From Octopus vulgaris (Eukaryota), in contig OX597821.1 in the NCBI GenBank assembly GCA_951406725.2, positions 54,560,001 through 54,624,000 of the forward strand: DNA of 64,000 bases, given 5' to 3'. How positions within the stretch are numbered: the stretch's first letter is position 1; each line of letters begins with the position of its first letter. Positions 36,957 through 50,952 of the stretch are shown piece by piece. Both the position numbers and the translations under genes were made by a program. Under the pieces are notes generated by a model. That model was not told where the DNA came from. It did no database searches and saw only the letters and a list, made by a program, of their open reading frames with translations.

Positions 36957-38215
36957 CGAGGGCCGTTCAATAAGTAATGCCCCTGACCCACTTCCCATAG
37001 CAGTAGAGCAACGAAACTTGGCACAGTTATTAGTCTTTTTCTACATAGGAACCACCCAGAGTTACGCATTTCTCCCATTGCTTGATGCAGCTCTGGAGAC
37101 CGTTTTTGTAGAAGACCCCAGCTTGGTCCTCCAACCTGAACGTGACTTCAGAAATCAAGGCTGCATCATCTGGGAAACGCTTTCCTTTCAAAAACAACTT
37201 CATGACTGGGAAGAGGTGAAAATCAGAGGGTGCAAGGTCAGGAAATTAGGGGGATGGGGGAGGAGTTCATAGCCATACGCCTGTGCTTCTGATCTGGCGA
37301 CAAGCGAGTTGTGGACCGGAGCGTTGTCCTGCAGGAGGAGGATGCCTTTGCTGATCTTGCCCCGCCTCTTGATTTTGATAACTTCTCTTAATTTCCTCAA
37401 AAGTGAAGCATAATAGGCTCCTGCAATTGTGGTACCCTTTGCCAGGAAATCTGTCATCACTACTCCGTCCTGGTCCCAGAAGACTGTGAGCATGACCTTG
37501 CCAGCGGAGGGCTGCACCCTTGCCTTCTTTGGAGGGGGTGAGTCACGGTGCTTTCACTGCATTGACTGGGCTTTGGTCTATGGATCATAGTGATGGACCC
37601 AGGTTTTATCCTGTGTGATCAGTCTTTTGAAAAATTTTGACTCATCTTCTTGGCACATCTCCAAATTCGTCCTGGAGCACTCAACGCGTTCTTGCTTCTG
37701 GAAGACACCTTTTGCATATGCAAATGGTCATGAATGATAGTTTCAACAGACCCGGTACTAATCTTGACCTCATGGGCTATTTGGCGAATAATTATGCGTC
37801 GATCGTCCAAAATGGCAGCTTCAACTTGACGGACAGATGCCTCATCAATGGCAGAAGGGGCGACCAGATCTGGGAGCTGTTTCCACAGAGTTCCGACCAT
37901 GTTTGAATTCACGATGCCAGCGTTTTACAAGGTCATATGATGGGGCATCATCACCATAAGTTACTTTCATTTCTTCAAAAGTCTCCCGTGGTGTGCGTCC
38001 TTTCAAATACAAAACCCGGATCACTGCTCGACACTCAACAGGCTCCATTTCACACTTGACTCGGTTCAAACACCTGTAAATCAGAAACCACAATTAATTC
38101 AGAGCTGTAATTTGCCACTTAATCTATAGAGATATAAATGATTGCACATGCACAATTTCAGCTAGATCAAACAACTGCAAGTGGGTCAGAGGCATTACTT
38201 ATTGAACGTCCCTCG
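36957..38215 (-). mobile_element. Mariner transposon (irritans-like), relatively young
   Basis: ~37-bp TIRs CGAGGGCCGTTCAATAAGTAATGCCCCTGACCCACTT / AAGTGGGTCAGAGGCATTACTTATTGAACGTCCCTCG with TA duplications. Confidence 0.95.
37030..38048 (-). pseudogene. Mariner transposase pseudogene (frameshifts, internal deletions)
   Basis: MEPVECRAVIRVLYLKG..RSGRP, SAGKVMLTVFWD, LLQDNAPVH and GGSYVEKD* split across frames. Confidence 0.9.
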
Positions 38216-38515
38216 TAAGTCTTGAAAAAATGACAATGATCGATTCCAGGTGAGAATGCGATCAATAAAGCCGTTTTTGTCCTGCTTTTCTTCCATCAAC
38301 CTGTACATAACTGCACCTTCCATTTTTTGTTGTTTTTGTACTGCTTAAAGGCATGTTTCTTTACTGCCAAGCTTACTGTTTAAACCATGTTTGCGTTCTC
38401 CCAGTAAACAGCCTTATCGTTACTGGTACATTAAACTCTTCAGTTGCATATTAGTGTGAATAAAATCGTTTTTCTTTATTTCTTCTTTTGCTGGTGTCTC
38501 AAATTTAGGTTAAAT

Positions 38516-38628
38516 CAGTGTTTCTCAAAGGGGTGGCCCATGGGGCAGTCGGACAAGTTGTTTTGAGAAAATTTGGTTTAAATATTTGACAACTCAGCAC
38601 CGTCCATTGGACGGGGAGCGTTATGCTC
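38516..38628. mobile_element. hAT-type MITE left end
   Basis: CAGTGTTTCTCAAAGGGGTGG terminus. Confidence 0.5.
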
Positions 38629-38681
<53 letters not shown>

Positions 38682-38723
38682 TGTATGTATGTATGTATGC
38701 ATGTATGTATGTATGTATGTATA

Positions 38724-39606
38724 CAGGGGGTTTCAAAAGATTGGATATCATTTCACAACCTAATAACTTTACCAGTTCTTGTTCAAATGACTTCAAATTT
38801 TAACAGCATCTGTACAAAAAGGTCAAAGTTTAATGTTTGATGTGTTTATCTTTTCAGGTATAGAAATGGCATTCACTGGAAAAGAAAAGTTGTTTTGTGT
38901 CTTGGAATATGTTTGAATACAGTCGAACAAGACTGTGCAGTGTGCATTTGTGAGAGAGTTCTCTAAAAAGTCACCAACAGCAATGCAGATTTGGAAAGAG
39001 CACAAAATTCAAACAGGAAGGCTGTCTGTGCAGGGCAAAAGGGTCTGAATGACCACTAACATTGGAAGAGATGATTGAGTGGGTTCTTATGGGCTTCTTG
39101 CCAAGCCCCAAGAAGTTCATAAGAATAGCCTGGAAATCCAGATCCTCCAACGACAGTTTGGCATGTCCCGAGGAAACGCTTGCAAATGAAACCCTACAAG
39201 CTGCAGCTCATTCAGGCCATAATGGCAGACAAGTGAAAGAACAAACAATTCTGTGTTGATATGCAAGAGAAACTTGAAGCCAATATCAAGGAACGTCTTA
39301 TTTTCAGTGATGAGACTACATTTCTTATGAATGGTAAAATAAATAAGCATAATGTTCACATTTGGGGTGAAGAAAATCCCCATGTCACAGTTGAGCATGA
39401 GAGGGACTCACCAAAAGTGAATCTCTTCTGTGCCATCTACAAGAAGTCATTCATGGAATTCACATACCTTTGAATTTCTCATTCAAATTTGGAGGAATAA
39501 ATGCTATGTTGGTCAACATTAAGCCTGTTTAGTTTTATTTGATTTGTACTATGTAGTTCCTGTGATATTTACATCTCAAATGATATCAAATTTTTTAAAC
39601 ACCCTA
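38724..39606 (+). mobile_element. Internally deleted Tc1/mariner element (DD41D/rosa-like)
   Basis: TIRs CAGGGGGTTTCAAAAGATTGGATATCATTT / AAATGATATCAAATTTTTTAAACACCCT; MAFTGKEK.FCVLEY from 38866 and FSDETTFLMNGKINKHNVHIWGEENPH..RDSPKVN. Confidence 0.85.
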
Positions 39607-39807
39607 TATATATATATATATAAAAGAAGAAAAAGAAAATGGAGATTGCAAAATTAACAATTGTTTATTATTAACAGCAAATCATCATCCCTTACACCTG
39701 TTTCAATTAATACTCAGTAAATATTAAGTAAATATTAAATTTATACAACCTGAGCATAGTAATTTCCCTTTGTTTAACTGTCATTTTCATAGCATTTTTG
39801 CTTGTCT

Positions 39808-39870
39808 TAATAACTGATGAGATGCCGGAGCAGATTTCCACCCCAACATCCAAAAGTCAGAGTTTTATTA
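39808..39870 (+). ncRNA. Degenerate type I hammerhead ribozyme
   Basis: TAATAA-CTGATGA-GATG...CATC-CAAAA-GTCAGAG-TT-TTATTA; stem I and first core intact, GAAA changed to AAAA. Confidence 0.55.
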
Positions 39871-39921
39871 TGGCAGCTGAATAATTGTCACGTATTATAT
39901 TACAGTTATATATATATATAA

Positions 39922-39975
<54 letters not shown>

Positions 39976-39989
39976 ACATGTATTTACAC

Positions 39990-40183
39990 AACAAGGTGCT
40001 GAAATGTTCCTGGGCTTGAGGCCCAAACTTCTGAGTTCTTTTACCGGGCTTAGAAAAACTGAAGGACCTCTGAAATAAGTGTGTGAATCTAGAGAAAGGT
40101 ACATGATGAATGAAATCATAATTAACTGATCCTCCTATATTTTCTTTTACCCAAAGCTAGTAACTTTTCAGTCCCACCTTCTA
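39990..40183 (+). mobile_element. Mariner-derived MITE (related pieces at 44105-44190 and 48310-48555)
   Basis: GGTGCTGAAATGTTCCTGGGCTT / AAAGCTAGTAACTTTTCAGTCCC inverted ends; residual transposase C-terminal sequence shared with 48400-48550. Confidence 0.6.
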
Positions 40184-41623
40184 ACCACATACATAAATAT
40201 TGACACACTTGTATATACATGCATGCATGTGTGTTTATATATATATGCATACATGTTTATGTATGTTTACACAAGATCGCTACAAATTGTAATGGGTCAT
40301 AGCTCTGCTGAAATAAAACCATCACAATTTGAACCCCACTAAAATACATAAAAAAACCATGCTAATTATATGACCTCATATATTTGCATATAACTGCAAC
40401 CCAATGCATACACATGTACACATACATGCAGGCATGCATTATTATTTGCAGTGTTGGAAATGGAATTTTAGGAAAAGCAATTTATGGTTTGGAAATTGAA
40501 AATCGGCAGCACACTTCAGTAACACCAATTTTACACTAGAAAATAGCCTTTGTGTTTCCATAAAAATCAACAAAGGAAATAATAAGTATATCTAATTATA
40601 TACTATACAGAAAATTGCGAAAAAATAGAAAGACAAAAGCCTCTGAAAATATAAAAAAGAAAATTGGTTGAAATCACTAGCACTTATCACTTTTATTCAA
40701 TTTCTGTTACTTTTTTCTGATCCATTTTCAAACCATGTTCCAACATAGTTCTTTATATAAAAGTAAAAGAAAAAATTATAATAGAATGAAATGAAATAAA
40801 AAAGAAATTATGTATCTCAAGTAATAAATGCTTTATATCTATTTTTCCCCCTTGTTATAGACTTCTTGTTGTTATTGTAGAGGTAACGTTGTTGGTTGGT
40901 CCTGAATCAGCGCTAATCAAGAAGAGTTATAGGATATATTCCAATTATGACCATCCCAACAAAAATTTATGTATAGTGTATCTTATGCAATGTGTAATAT
41001 TAAGAAAATAGGATGCAAGTTGAAAGCTATGTGACTACTATTTCTAACAAGTCAAGTTACCACGTAGAAACTCCTTTAGGTAGCCTTTGACTACCCCTGA
41101 ATACTCCACATTATAAGTTTCATGCCATTGCTCTCTTCCTGCTGATTTATCTCCTGACTGCAGACCATTATTACGTTGCCATCATCATTATTACTTTCTG
41201 TGGAACCCTGGTAATAACCATTTCTGAAACATTTTAAAGTGGTTAGGAATGGCATTTGGCAGAGAAAATTACATTGAACTCAACTATACAAAAGGGCTGT
41301 CACTAAGTAACTATGATGCATAACAGTGAAGATTGCAAATACAATTACAATGGGATAAAGACATTTATAAAAATGTCAGGTATACATTCATACCACTTCT
41401 GACTTTTATTTTGTTTATTTTATCAGTTACCAATGCGCAGATATACCTGGGTGCTTAAGAAGTTCACTTTGCAAACCATGTGATTCTGCATTCAATCTTA
41501 CACAAGTTATTTCTAATATTGCCATGGATTGATTGAATACCTTTCAACAATAATTTACCAGATGCAAGCAGTATGAAAACAGATTTATGTAACACATAAT
41601 GTGTGTATGTGTGTAAGTGTATG

Positions 41624-41687
<64 letters not shown>

Positions 41688-41708
41688 CACACACACACAT
41701 GCATACAT

Positions 41709-42258
41709 GTGGAGGTGCATGGCTTAACAGTTAGGATGTCAACACCATGATCGTAAGATTGTGGTTTCGATTCCTGGACTGGGCGACACATTGTGCTCTT
41801 GAGCAAAACACTTCATTTCACGTTGCTCCAGTCCACTCAGCTGGCAAAAATCAGCTGTGATGGATTGGCATCCCATCCAGCTGGGGAACACATATGCCAT
41901 AGAAACTGGGAAACTGGGACCATGAGCCTGGCTAGGCTTTAAAAGGGCGCAAGTGGAAGCACAATGGCCCAGTGGTTAGGGCAGCAGACTCGCGGTCGGA
42001 AGATCGCGGTTTCGATTCCCAGACTGGGCATTGTGTGTGTTTATTGAGTGAAAACACCCAAAGCTCCACGAGGCTCTGGGAGGGGGTGGTGGCGTCCCCT
42101 CTTGTACTCTTTTGCCCCAACTTTCTCTCACTCTTTCTTCCTGTTTCTTGAGTAACACTGTGATGGACTGGCGTCCTGTCCAGCTGGTGGGGAACACATA
42201 CGCCACAGAAACCGGGAAACTGGGCCCATGAGCCTGGCTAGGTTTGAAAAAGGCCGCA
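41709..42258 (+). mobile_element. Two head-to-tail tRNA-derived SINEs sharing a 3' tail (41709-41950 and 41953-42258)
   Basis: A box TGGCCCAGTGG and B box GGTTTCGATTCC; both end GTGATGGA.TGGC.TCC..TCCAGCTGG..GAAAC.GGGAAACTGGG.CCATGAGCCTGGCTAGG. Confidence 0.85.
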
Positions 42259-42294
42259 TAAATAAAAACACATACATACATAATTTAAAAAACT

Positions 42295-43099
42295 TTTTTT
42301 ACTTGTTTGAGTCATCAGACAGCAGCCAAGCTGGAGCATCATCTTGAAGGGTTTTAGTGGAACAAATTGACCTCTACACTTATTTTTTTTAGTATACTTG
42401 TACTATCAGTCCCTTTTGCTGAACTACTAAGTTGCAGGGATGTAAACAAACCTACATCACCTTTCAAGCAGAGATTGAAGACAAACATGCATGTGCATGT
42501 GCACACATGCACTTATGCATGCATGCACATACATACACACACACATGACAGGCTACTTTCAGTTTCCGTCTACCAATTCCACTCTCAAGGCTTTGGTTGG
42601 CCTGAGGCAATAGCAGAAGACAGCTACCTAAGGGTGTCACTCGGAACACTGCCTCATGAAGGGCACTGTTAGCTGTCACTGTACATGCAATCAAGTGCTG
42701 CCATCTGTTGGTGTGCTACAGGACTAGTCCATGAAGTTTTTGATACCACCTTGTATTTTCCCATAGCCTTGTACTTTCCCCAAACATGTTTTCACAGAAG
42801 ATTGGAAATGAATGACACAGCTTGTATGATGGTGACACTTGTTTCCAACTATCATATAACCTCAAGGCAGAGATTCATATATGTGTACACATGCACGAAC
42901 ACATAGACACGTGCACACCACACACCCACACACATATATATGAAGGGCTTCTTTCAGTTTCCTTCTACTATATCTACTCAAAAGGCTTTGGTTGATCCAG
43001 GGCTATAGTAGCAGACATTCCTTCATGGTACCATGGGGTGGGACTGATCTGAGAACCATGTGGTAGAGAAGCAAACTTCCTCCCACATATCCATGCCTC

Positions 43100-43100
<1 letters not shown>
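42295..43100 (-). mobile_element. SINE family A fragments (42295-42630 and 42940-43100)
   Basis: Reverse-complement similarity to 46627-47042. Confidence 0.65.
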
Positions 43101-43167
<67 letters not shown>

Positions 43168-43307
43168 GAGAGAGAGAGGTTAAAATAACCACCTTAAGGG
43201 ATAGAAAAGATCGAATGAATTACTGGTTTGTTACCTATTATTTTTTTTTTTTGTGAATAGTAATATTCCTAAAATAATAGGTTTAATTATAAAACTTGGT
43301 TTATAAA

Positions 43308-43613
43308 TATTCAAATTAAAATTCAGAAAATGGAGAAGTAGCATTAATATTATTTATTAACTGCAAAAATTCAACATCTTCCTTGACAACTGTTTCAATT
43401 TTTCCTAAATGAATTAAATTCCAGTAATTAAAACATTTTAGGGGGCAAAATCTCGCCAGAGAAGTAAAGAAGTGAAAAAGATATATAGTTAGGTTATTAA
43501 CATTTAATTTGTTTGGGCAAAATTGAAACAACTGTAAGGGAACATGTTGAATTTTTAGAGATAATAAATTATATTAATGCTACTTCTCCATTTTCTGGAT
43601 CTTAATTTGAATA
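43308..43613. repeat. Inverted duplication (~110-bp arms) containing a degenerate hammerhead; Penelope-like
   Basis: TATTCAAATTAA..CAGAAAATGGAGAAGTAGCATTAATAT.. mirrored at 43562-43613; minus-strand CTGGCGA..GAAA-CAGTTG-TC-AAGGAAG at 43378-43464. Confidence 0.7.
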
Positions 43614-44289
43614 TATATATATATATATATATATAAAATGGAATATATATATATATTTGAATATATATATATACAAAATGGAACAAAAAAACAATAGAGG
43701 ACAATAAAACATATGGACATATTAACAATACAAAAGAGAACAGGGAAAACAACAAATAAAGGGACAAGAAATAAAGGAAGGGTCATTCGTGACCTTCTTT
43801 CATCAGTCAAATTTTTAGATGTCATTACAGTTTCAGGCAGTTACACTTGAGACTGTTTAATTTGGTTGCCCCTCAGAAATTCTAAGCTAAAAGCAATAGA
43901 ATTTTTGTAGGAAAGGAAGCGAATGTGTACGACAACAAAGACAAAAATGGAGAACATGTTACGCAGTTACAAATACAAACAACAAGAATATAACAGCAGA
44001 CTAATGAGGATGGATCAATTTGAGCTGGCATGTATGAAGTGAAAACCTTGAGGCAATATATAGATATATATAAATTAATAAATTAAGGGAACAGAGCTGT
44101 ATATATCAAGGTTTTAACATACAGTTAATCACATCATTGCATGTCAGTATCAACATAATGTTTCCACAGCAAGTCAGTGCACACTGAAAATTTTGCATCG
44201 TGATGTGCATTTTGGTGTTAATTACTGATGCTGTTTCATCAGGGTACAATTTAACAGTATTTGAGATACATCTAAACAGAGTACTATGC

Positions 44290-44379
<90 letters not shown>

Positions 44380-44490
44380 TTAGAGACAAAACCACTATTA
44401 GGCAAATCAAACAATGAAAGACTTAAGCCAATACATAAATTAATTTATATTATTTAAATATGTAACAATTATTAAAAAAATATAATTAAT

Positions 44491-44557
44491 ATCCACTACG
44501 ATCATTTTCTGGCTGCTGTCATCAAATTTTTAGATCGCAGTCATTCATCAGGTGTTT
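44491..44557 (-). ncRNA. Degenerate type I hammerhead ribozyme
   Basis: Minus strand CAC-CTGATGA-ATGACTGC...GCAGCCA-GAAA-ATGATCG-TA-GTG; stem III is a decayed CGATCG palindrome. Confidence 0.55.
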
Positions 44558-44581
44558 CAAAATTTTTCTTGGCGAGTTTTA

Positions 44582-44616
<35 letters not shown>

Positions 44617-45831
44617 CATATATATATATATGCATACCTACATATATATATATATATACACACACATATATATATGCATACATACATATATATACACACA
44701 CACATATATATACGCATACATACATATATATATATACACACATATATATACACACATATACATACATATATATACACACATATATCTACATATATATACA
44801 CACATATATCTACATATATATATACACACATATATCTACATATATATATATATATATATATCACACATGCATAAATACACATACCTACACCACACACACA
44901 CGATGGGCTTCTTCTGCATTCTATTAAATCTACACATATTTGAAAATGGAGGGACCAACAATTTAAGGCCAAGTAGTCAATATACAGAAATTAGAACAGA
45001 TGCCTTTATTTATTAAAACCTCTGTGTGTGTGTGTGTGTGTGTTAGTTATATTATTCATACCTGTGTTAATGTTTATGCCAATCTAAGACACAGGGTTTT
45101 GTGTCGCTCTTTCTTCAATGAAGCAGTTCATCAAATAGCAATCAATGAAATAAGAACTAGGATCTCTATACTAGACTAAAATATTTGAACTGTACTTCCA
45201 CATGATTGTTGTGCAAGAACTGTATCCATTACAAGAAGAGAAGTATTTATAACTTCAGACTCAGATGAACCTCTGTTCATTTGACATCATCATCATCATC
45301 TGCTTTCCATGCTGGCATGGGTTAGACGGTTTGACCGAAACTGGTCAGCTGGAGAGCTGCACCAGGTTCCAATCTGATCCGACACGGTTTCTATGGCTGG
45401 ATGCCCTTCCTAATGCCAACCACTCCAAGAGTGAAATAGGCTTTATTTACATGCCACCAGTATAGGTGCCAGTTACATGACCCTGGCATTAACCATGGCT
45501 ACAATTTCACTTGGCTTGATGGGTCTTCTCAAGCATAGCATAGTGCCAAAGGTTTCAGTCACTCATCATTGCTTCTTTTTAATAAAATATCATCATTATT
45601 TCAGCACCTGTATTTTCCAATGCTTGCATGGGTTGCACAGTTTATTGAGGCAGATTTCCTTCAGCAAGATGCCCTTCCTGTCCCCAATCCTCACTTGTTT
45701 CCATGGCCAGATATGCGCCCACAGAATATTGGAAATGAATGCTACTGCTTACATAACAGTGACAATCATTTTACAACTATCACAGAATGTCATGATAAGG
45801 AATCACAAATACACACACACGCACACACACA

Positions 45832-46385
45832 CAAGGTGAAGCAAAAGTCATGCACCATAGGAGTTAATTAATTAATAATGTTTTAAATGTAGAATTTGTT
45901 TAGATGTTTTCTCATTTGCAGCAACAATTTTGACATAGTAAGATGGGGGAAAAAACTGATAAAGGATGAACGAGTTACCTTTGTGTTCATGTATGGGAAA
46001 GCAAGTGCTACTCACAGATCTGTTGCAGGGGAATTCAACAGGCAGAATCCACACCGAATTCCAATTGAAAAGTCAACCGTTGGACATCTAATTAATTATT
46101 CTAAAAAAAACTGGTAGTGTTGCTGACCACCTTCGAAGTGGCAAACCAAAAAGTACAACCAGTCCAACGTCAACAGGGGAATTGAAAATGAATGCAGTAA
46201 AATAACAGAGGAAACTCTCCGTGCTAATGAATCATGCAGGCATGGAATTGAAATGTGTTATGAAAAGGAAGTGTGTCATTTTGAACAGCACATATGACAA
46301 TTGAATCACTAGTAAATAAAATTTTCACGTGTAATTATACTTTTAATAAATTATCCCTATGGTGCGTGACTTTTTCCTCACCCTC
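45832..46385 (+). mobile_element. Internally deleted Tc1/mariner-superfamily element
   Basis: TIRs AGGTGAAGCAAAAGTCATGCACCATAGG / CCTATGGTGCGTGACTTTTTCCTCACCCT; HTH-like ..ERVTFVFMYG..VAGEFNRQNP..STVGHLI..TGSVAD..RSGKPK. Confidence 0.8.
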
Positions 46386-46626
46386 TATAAATGGATGCAC
46401 CCATTCACAAATATACACAGCAGGATTCTTTTCATTTTTTTTTTTATCTAACAAATTCACTCATAAGGTTCAACCCGAGGCTGTGGTAGAAGACACTTGC
46501 CCATGTGCTACATAAGGGAACCGAATCAAGAATCATATAGTTGGGAAGAAAACTCCTTACCGCACACCCATGACTTGACTTTTTAATAAATATCTAAAGA
46601 GAGAATAATAAAGAAGAAATATATAA

Positions 46627-47042
46627 GGCATAAGAGTGGCTGTGTGGTAAGTAGCTTGCTTATGAACCACATGGTTCCGGGTTCAGTCCCACTGCATCAC
46701 ATCTTGGGCAAGTGTCTTCTACTATAGCCTCGTGCCGACCAAAGCCTTGTGAGTGGATTTTGTAGACGGAAACTGAAAGAAGCCCATCGTATATATGTAT
46801 ATATATGTATGTATGTATGTATGTGTGTATATGCTTGTGTGTCTGTGTTTGTCCCCCCCAACACCGCTTGACAACCAATGCTGCTGTGTTTACGTCTCCG
46901 TAACTTAGCGGTTCGGCAAAGAGAGCAACAGAATAAGTACTAGGCTTACAAAGAATAAGTCCTGGGGTCGATTTGCTCGACTAAAGGTGGTGCTCCAGCA
47001 TGGCCACAGTCAAATGACTGGAACAAGTAAAAGAGTAAAAGA
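46627..47042 (+). mobile_element. Full-length SINE family A
   Basis: Head, internal (TATG)n/(TG)n, conserved body and GTAAAAGA tail. Confidence 0.9.
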
Positions 47043-47061
47043 GAGAGAGTATATATATTTG

Positions 47062-47119
<58 letters not shown>

Positions 47120-47782
47120 TCCTTTTGATTTCTTTAGAGTAAATACCTCTGAGTGCACTCATAAAAGCTCCTATGCTACTTGTTATTGACTACTACTTAC
47201 TATTCCCATCTTCCAGAGTAATCTAATGGGATGGTTATGTATGCAGAACTCCCAATAGCTTAGGATAAATATAGTAAAAACGAAAATTTGGGGGATGGAA
47301 ATTTATATATTTTATTAATGCATTGCAGGATATGTTTCTACATAAAATATTTGTTTGTGACTATATTCTCAAATCCAGAGAGTATTATTCAATATTATTC
47401 ATAATATCCATGGATCTTAAGCAAGTCTAATTTATATATATATATACATACACACACATACATACATATATATGTACGTACATATAATAATTATATATAT
47501 ATATAATTCCATAATTCTTCCTAGGAATTGGTTCTCTAGTCATGGGTAACCTTTGACTTATTCTATCCAAAATGGTTTTTCAATCCTATATTATATATAG
47601 TCTATAGCAATTATGTGCTTCAAAACCCAACTTCAAAAAAGGATAATTTCACATTCTCTTTTTAATTCATATCAACAGTGTAAATGCATATATGTGTGCA
47701 CATATATACACGTGTGCATGTCTATCTATCTATCTATACATACATATATATGTATATATATATGTATATATATATACATACA

Positions 47783-47877
<95 letters not shown>

Positions 47878-48077
47878 ATATATATATATATGCAAGCATG
47901 GCTGTGTGCTAAGAAGCTTACTTCCCAACCACATGGTTCTGAGTTCAATCCCACTATGTGGCACCATGGACAAGAGAAGATTGCATTGTTTTATACCATT
48001 TATTCTTTTGAATATTATCAATGAAATCTTCGAAATGTGTCGAAAGTAAAAGTATTTGATTTATACCTGTGTTAAAC

Positions 48078-48121
<44 letters not shown>

Positions 48122-48155
48122 TTAGAAAGAGAGAGAGAGGGAGAGAGATAGACAT

Positions 48156-48195
<40 letters not shown>

Positions 48196-48637
48196 ACACA
48201 CACACACACATACATACACAGTAGTTGATAGCTTCCGTTACCTAGATGACCAAGTCAGTAGCAGGGGAGGGTGCGTTGAAGTGTCACTGCTAGAATAAGA
48301 ATAGAAAAGAAATTTGCAGTGTGCACTGACTTGCTTTGGAAACATTATGTTGATACTGACATGCAATGATGTGATTAACTGTATGTTAAGGCCCATCCTT
48401 CTGAGTTCTTTTACTGAGTACTTTTAGAAAAATCTGAAGGACCACTGCAATAAGTGTGTGAATCTGAGAGGAGAATATGCTGAATAGAATTATAATTAGT
48501 TGATCCTTCTGTATTTTCCTTTACCTAAAGCCAGGAACTTTTCAGTACCCCTTCACAATTTCTGTGTGTTAATGTGTGTGTGTGTGTGTTCACGTGTGTG
48601 TGCCTGTGTGCATGCATGCATGTGTATGTGTGTGTAA

Positions 48638-48906
48638 GTATTGTTTGTTCCCTCTCAAGCCATGTCTGGCTCTTAGGGCCGGTTTCTCGGTTTCCTTGGT
48701 GTATAGGTTCCCCACCTGGACAGGGCACCGGTCCGTCGCAGGTGAGTTCCAAGATGCAGGAGGAAAGAGCGAGAGAAAGTTGTGGCGAAAGAGTCAGCAG
48801 GAGTTCGCCATTACCTTCTGCCTGAGCCGCGTGGAGCTTAGGTGTTTCGCTCATAGACGCACATCGCCCGGTCTGAGATTCGAACCCACGATCTCTCGAC
48901 TGCGAG
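48638..48906 (-). mobile_element. SINE family C
   Basis: Similar to 22635-22932. Confidence 0.8.
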
Positions 48907-49487
48907 TATGTTTAAATATAGGTATAGCTATATACTTTATTTGTGTTATTATATAGTGTATGTGGGTAAATATCTAGACACATCTATATCTAAGCATCAT
49001 TTATATGAACTGATAAGAATTACGGTCAGTAAATCCCTGTTAGTCTTTGTTCCTATGCCTAATGGTGTCATAAATCTATATTCCATTACTACTTACACAC
49101 TGTGCATATAAACATGCTTAAAGTCAATATCCTGTTGTGAATGTGATCTTTATCTAGTAAACTAATATTTTTCAATTAATCTTCTTCTGTATTGTGACAT
49201 GAAGAGAAAAGCAAACTTTGACACCACTTCTCTCGATGTACACATCCAACGTTTGCACTGTTGTATATTAACAGACCTTCAGCAAATATTCCAGTTTAAT
49301 ACGAACTGTGAGTATAGGTGAATGGAACTGTTACTTTGGGTTAGCTTTGCATAATTCAGTCTTACATTCATCACTTAAACATATGTAAGTGAATGATTTT
49401 TGAGAACAAACTCTCCAGTCTTGCTTTTTTTTTTTTACATATATGTGGGATGTGACTCAGTGACTGTGTGTGTGTGTGTATATATGG

Positions 49488-49900
49488 TTTTACTCTTTTA
49501 CTTGTTTCAATCATTTGACTGGGGTCATTCTGGAGCACCGCCATTACTCGAGCAAATCGACCCCAGGACTTATTCTTTGTAAGCCTAGTACTTATTCTGT
49601 TGGTCTCTTTGCTGAACCGCTAAGTTATGGAGACTTTAACACAACAGCATTGGTTGTCAAGCGATGTTGGGGGGACAAACACAGACACACAAACATATAC
49701 ACACACACATACATACATATATATATATAAAAATTTACGACGGGCTTCTTTCAGTTTCTGTCTACCAAATCCACTCACAAGGCTTTGGTCGGCCCGAGGC
49801 TATAGTAGAAGACACTTGCCCAAGATGCCACACAGTGGGACTGAACCCAGAATCATGTGATCAGTACGCAAGCTACATACTACACAGCCACTCCTGTGCC
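49488..49900 (-). mobile_element. Full-length SINE family A
   Basis: Reverse complement of 46627-47042. Confidence 0.88.
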
Positions 49901-49902
49901 TG

Positions 49903-49936
<34 letters not shown>

Positions 49937-50328
49937 TATATACACATATATATATATATATAATCATTTAATGTTTGTTTCCCTGCTGGCATGGATTGGA
50001 CAGTTTGACCAGAGCTGGAAAGCTGGGGAGCTGCACCTTACTCCAGTCTGAATTGGCATGCTTTTCCCAATGCCAGTTACTTTACAGTGTGTACTGGGTG
50101 CTTTTATGTAGCTCTACATGGGTGTTGTTACATGTTGCCCTACAGGTACTTTTATGTGGCACCACCATGAGTGCATTACACCAGCAGTGGGATTGGTCTT
50201 AACACTTCTGTTGCAAGGTTAGAGATTTCTTGAATATGGCAAGGTGCCAAGTATCCCAGCCCTTTGTAATCTTGCCTGAAAGGTTCAGCTTCCTGAAGAC
50301 ATTCTTCAGTATTTCATCCAAGGCTTCT

Positions 50329-50414
<86 letters not shown>

Positions 50415-50456
50415 GTATATATATATGTGTGTGTGTGTGTGTATATATATATATAC

Positions 50457-50952
50457 TAGCAGAGATACCCGACCTTGTTCGGGGTTAAAACGGTACAGTT
50501 TTTTTACTGTTTTACTTCTTTCAGTCATAGCTGCAGCACTGCCATTGGTCAAACAAATTGACCAAAAGATTTATTCTGTGTAAGCCTAGTACTTATTCTA
50601 TCAATGACTTTTACTGAACCGCTAAGTTATGGGAAAGTACATAGCAACATCAGTTGTCAAGCAACGGTGGGGGTACAAACACAGACAAACACACACACAC
50701 AAATATACACATATATAGATCAATAGTCTTCTTTCAGTTTCCATGTATGAAATCCACTCACAAGGCTTTGGTCAGCCTGAGGGTGTAATATAAATTAATT
50801 AATCTTATGTATTGGCTTAAGTTTTTCATTGTATGATTTGCCTAATAGTGGTTTTATCTCTAATTTAATATAATATAATATTTTACTATAAAATTGGATT
50901 CAATCCTAAATCTGATTTTTCCCTGTAAGTTTGGATTTATTCCCTAATATTT

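Larger units (their letters stand above)
36848..38500 (+). mobile_element. Probable non-autonomous Helitron split by the mariner at 36957-38215
   Basis: 5' CTCTTATATAAAATCCGTTCTGTCTGTCTGTGTG resembles the other Helitron 5' ends here; sequence resumes after the TA at 38216; right end unclear. Confidence 0.45.

Noticed and set aside
41953-42030. tRNA-like sequence with A and B boxes
   Set aside because: SINE head continuing into a SINE body, with several copies in the window; not a tRNA gene
43770-43860. Minus-strand GAAA...CTGATGA plus hairpin
   Set aside because: Cannot be assembled into any hammerhead topology
49262-49315. 33-nt in-frame micro-exon candidate (AACAG|...|GTGAGT)
   Set aside because: Poor pyrimidine tract and no gene context
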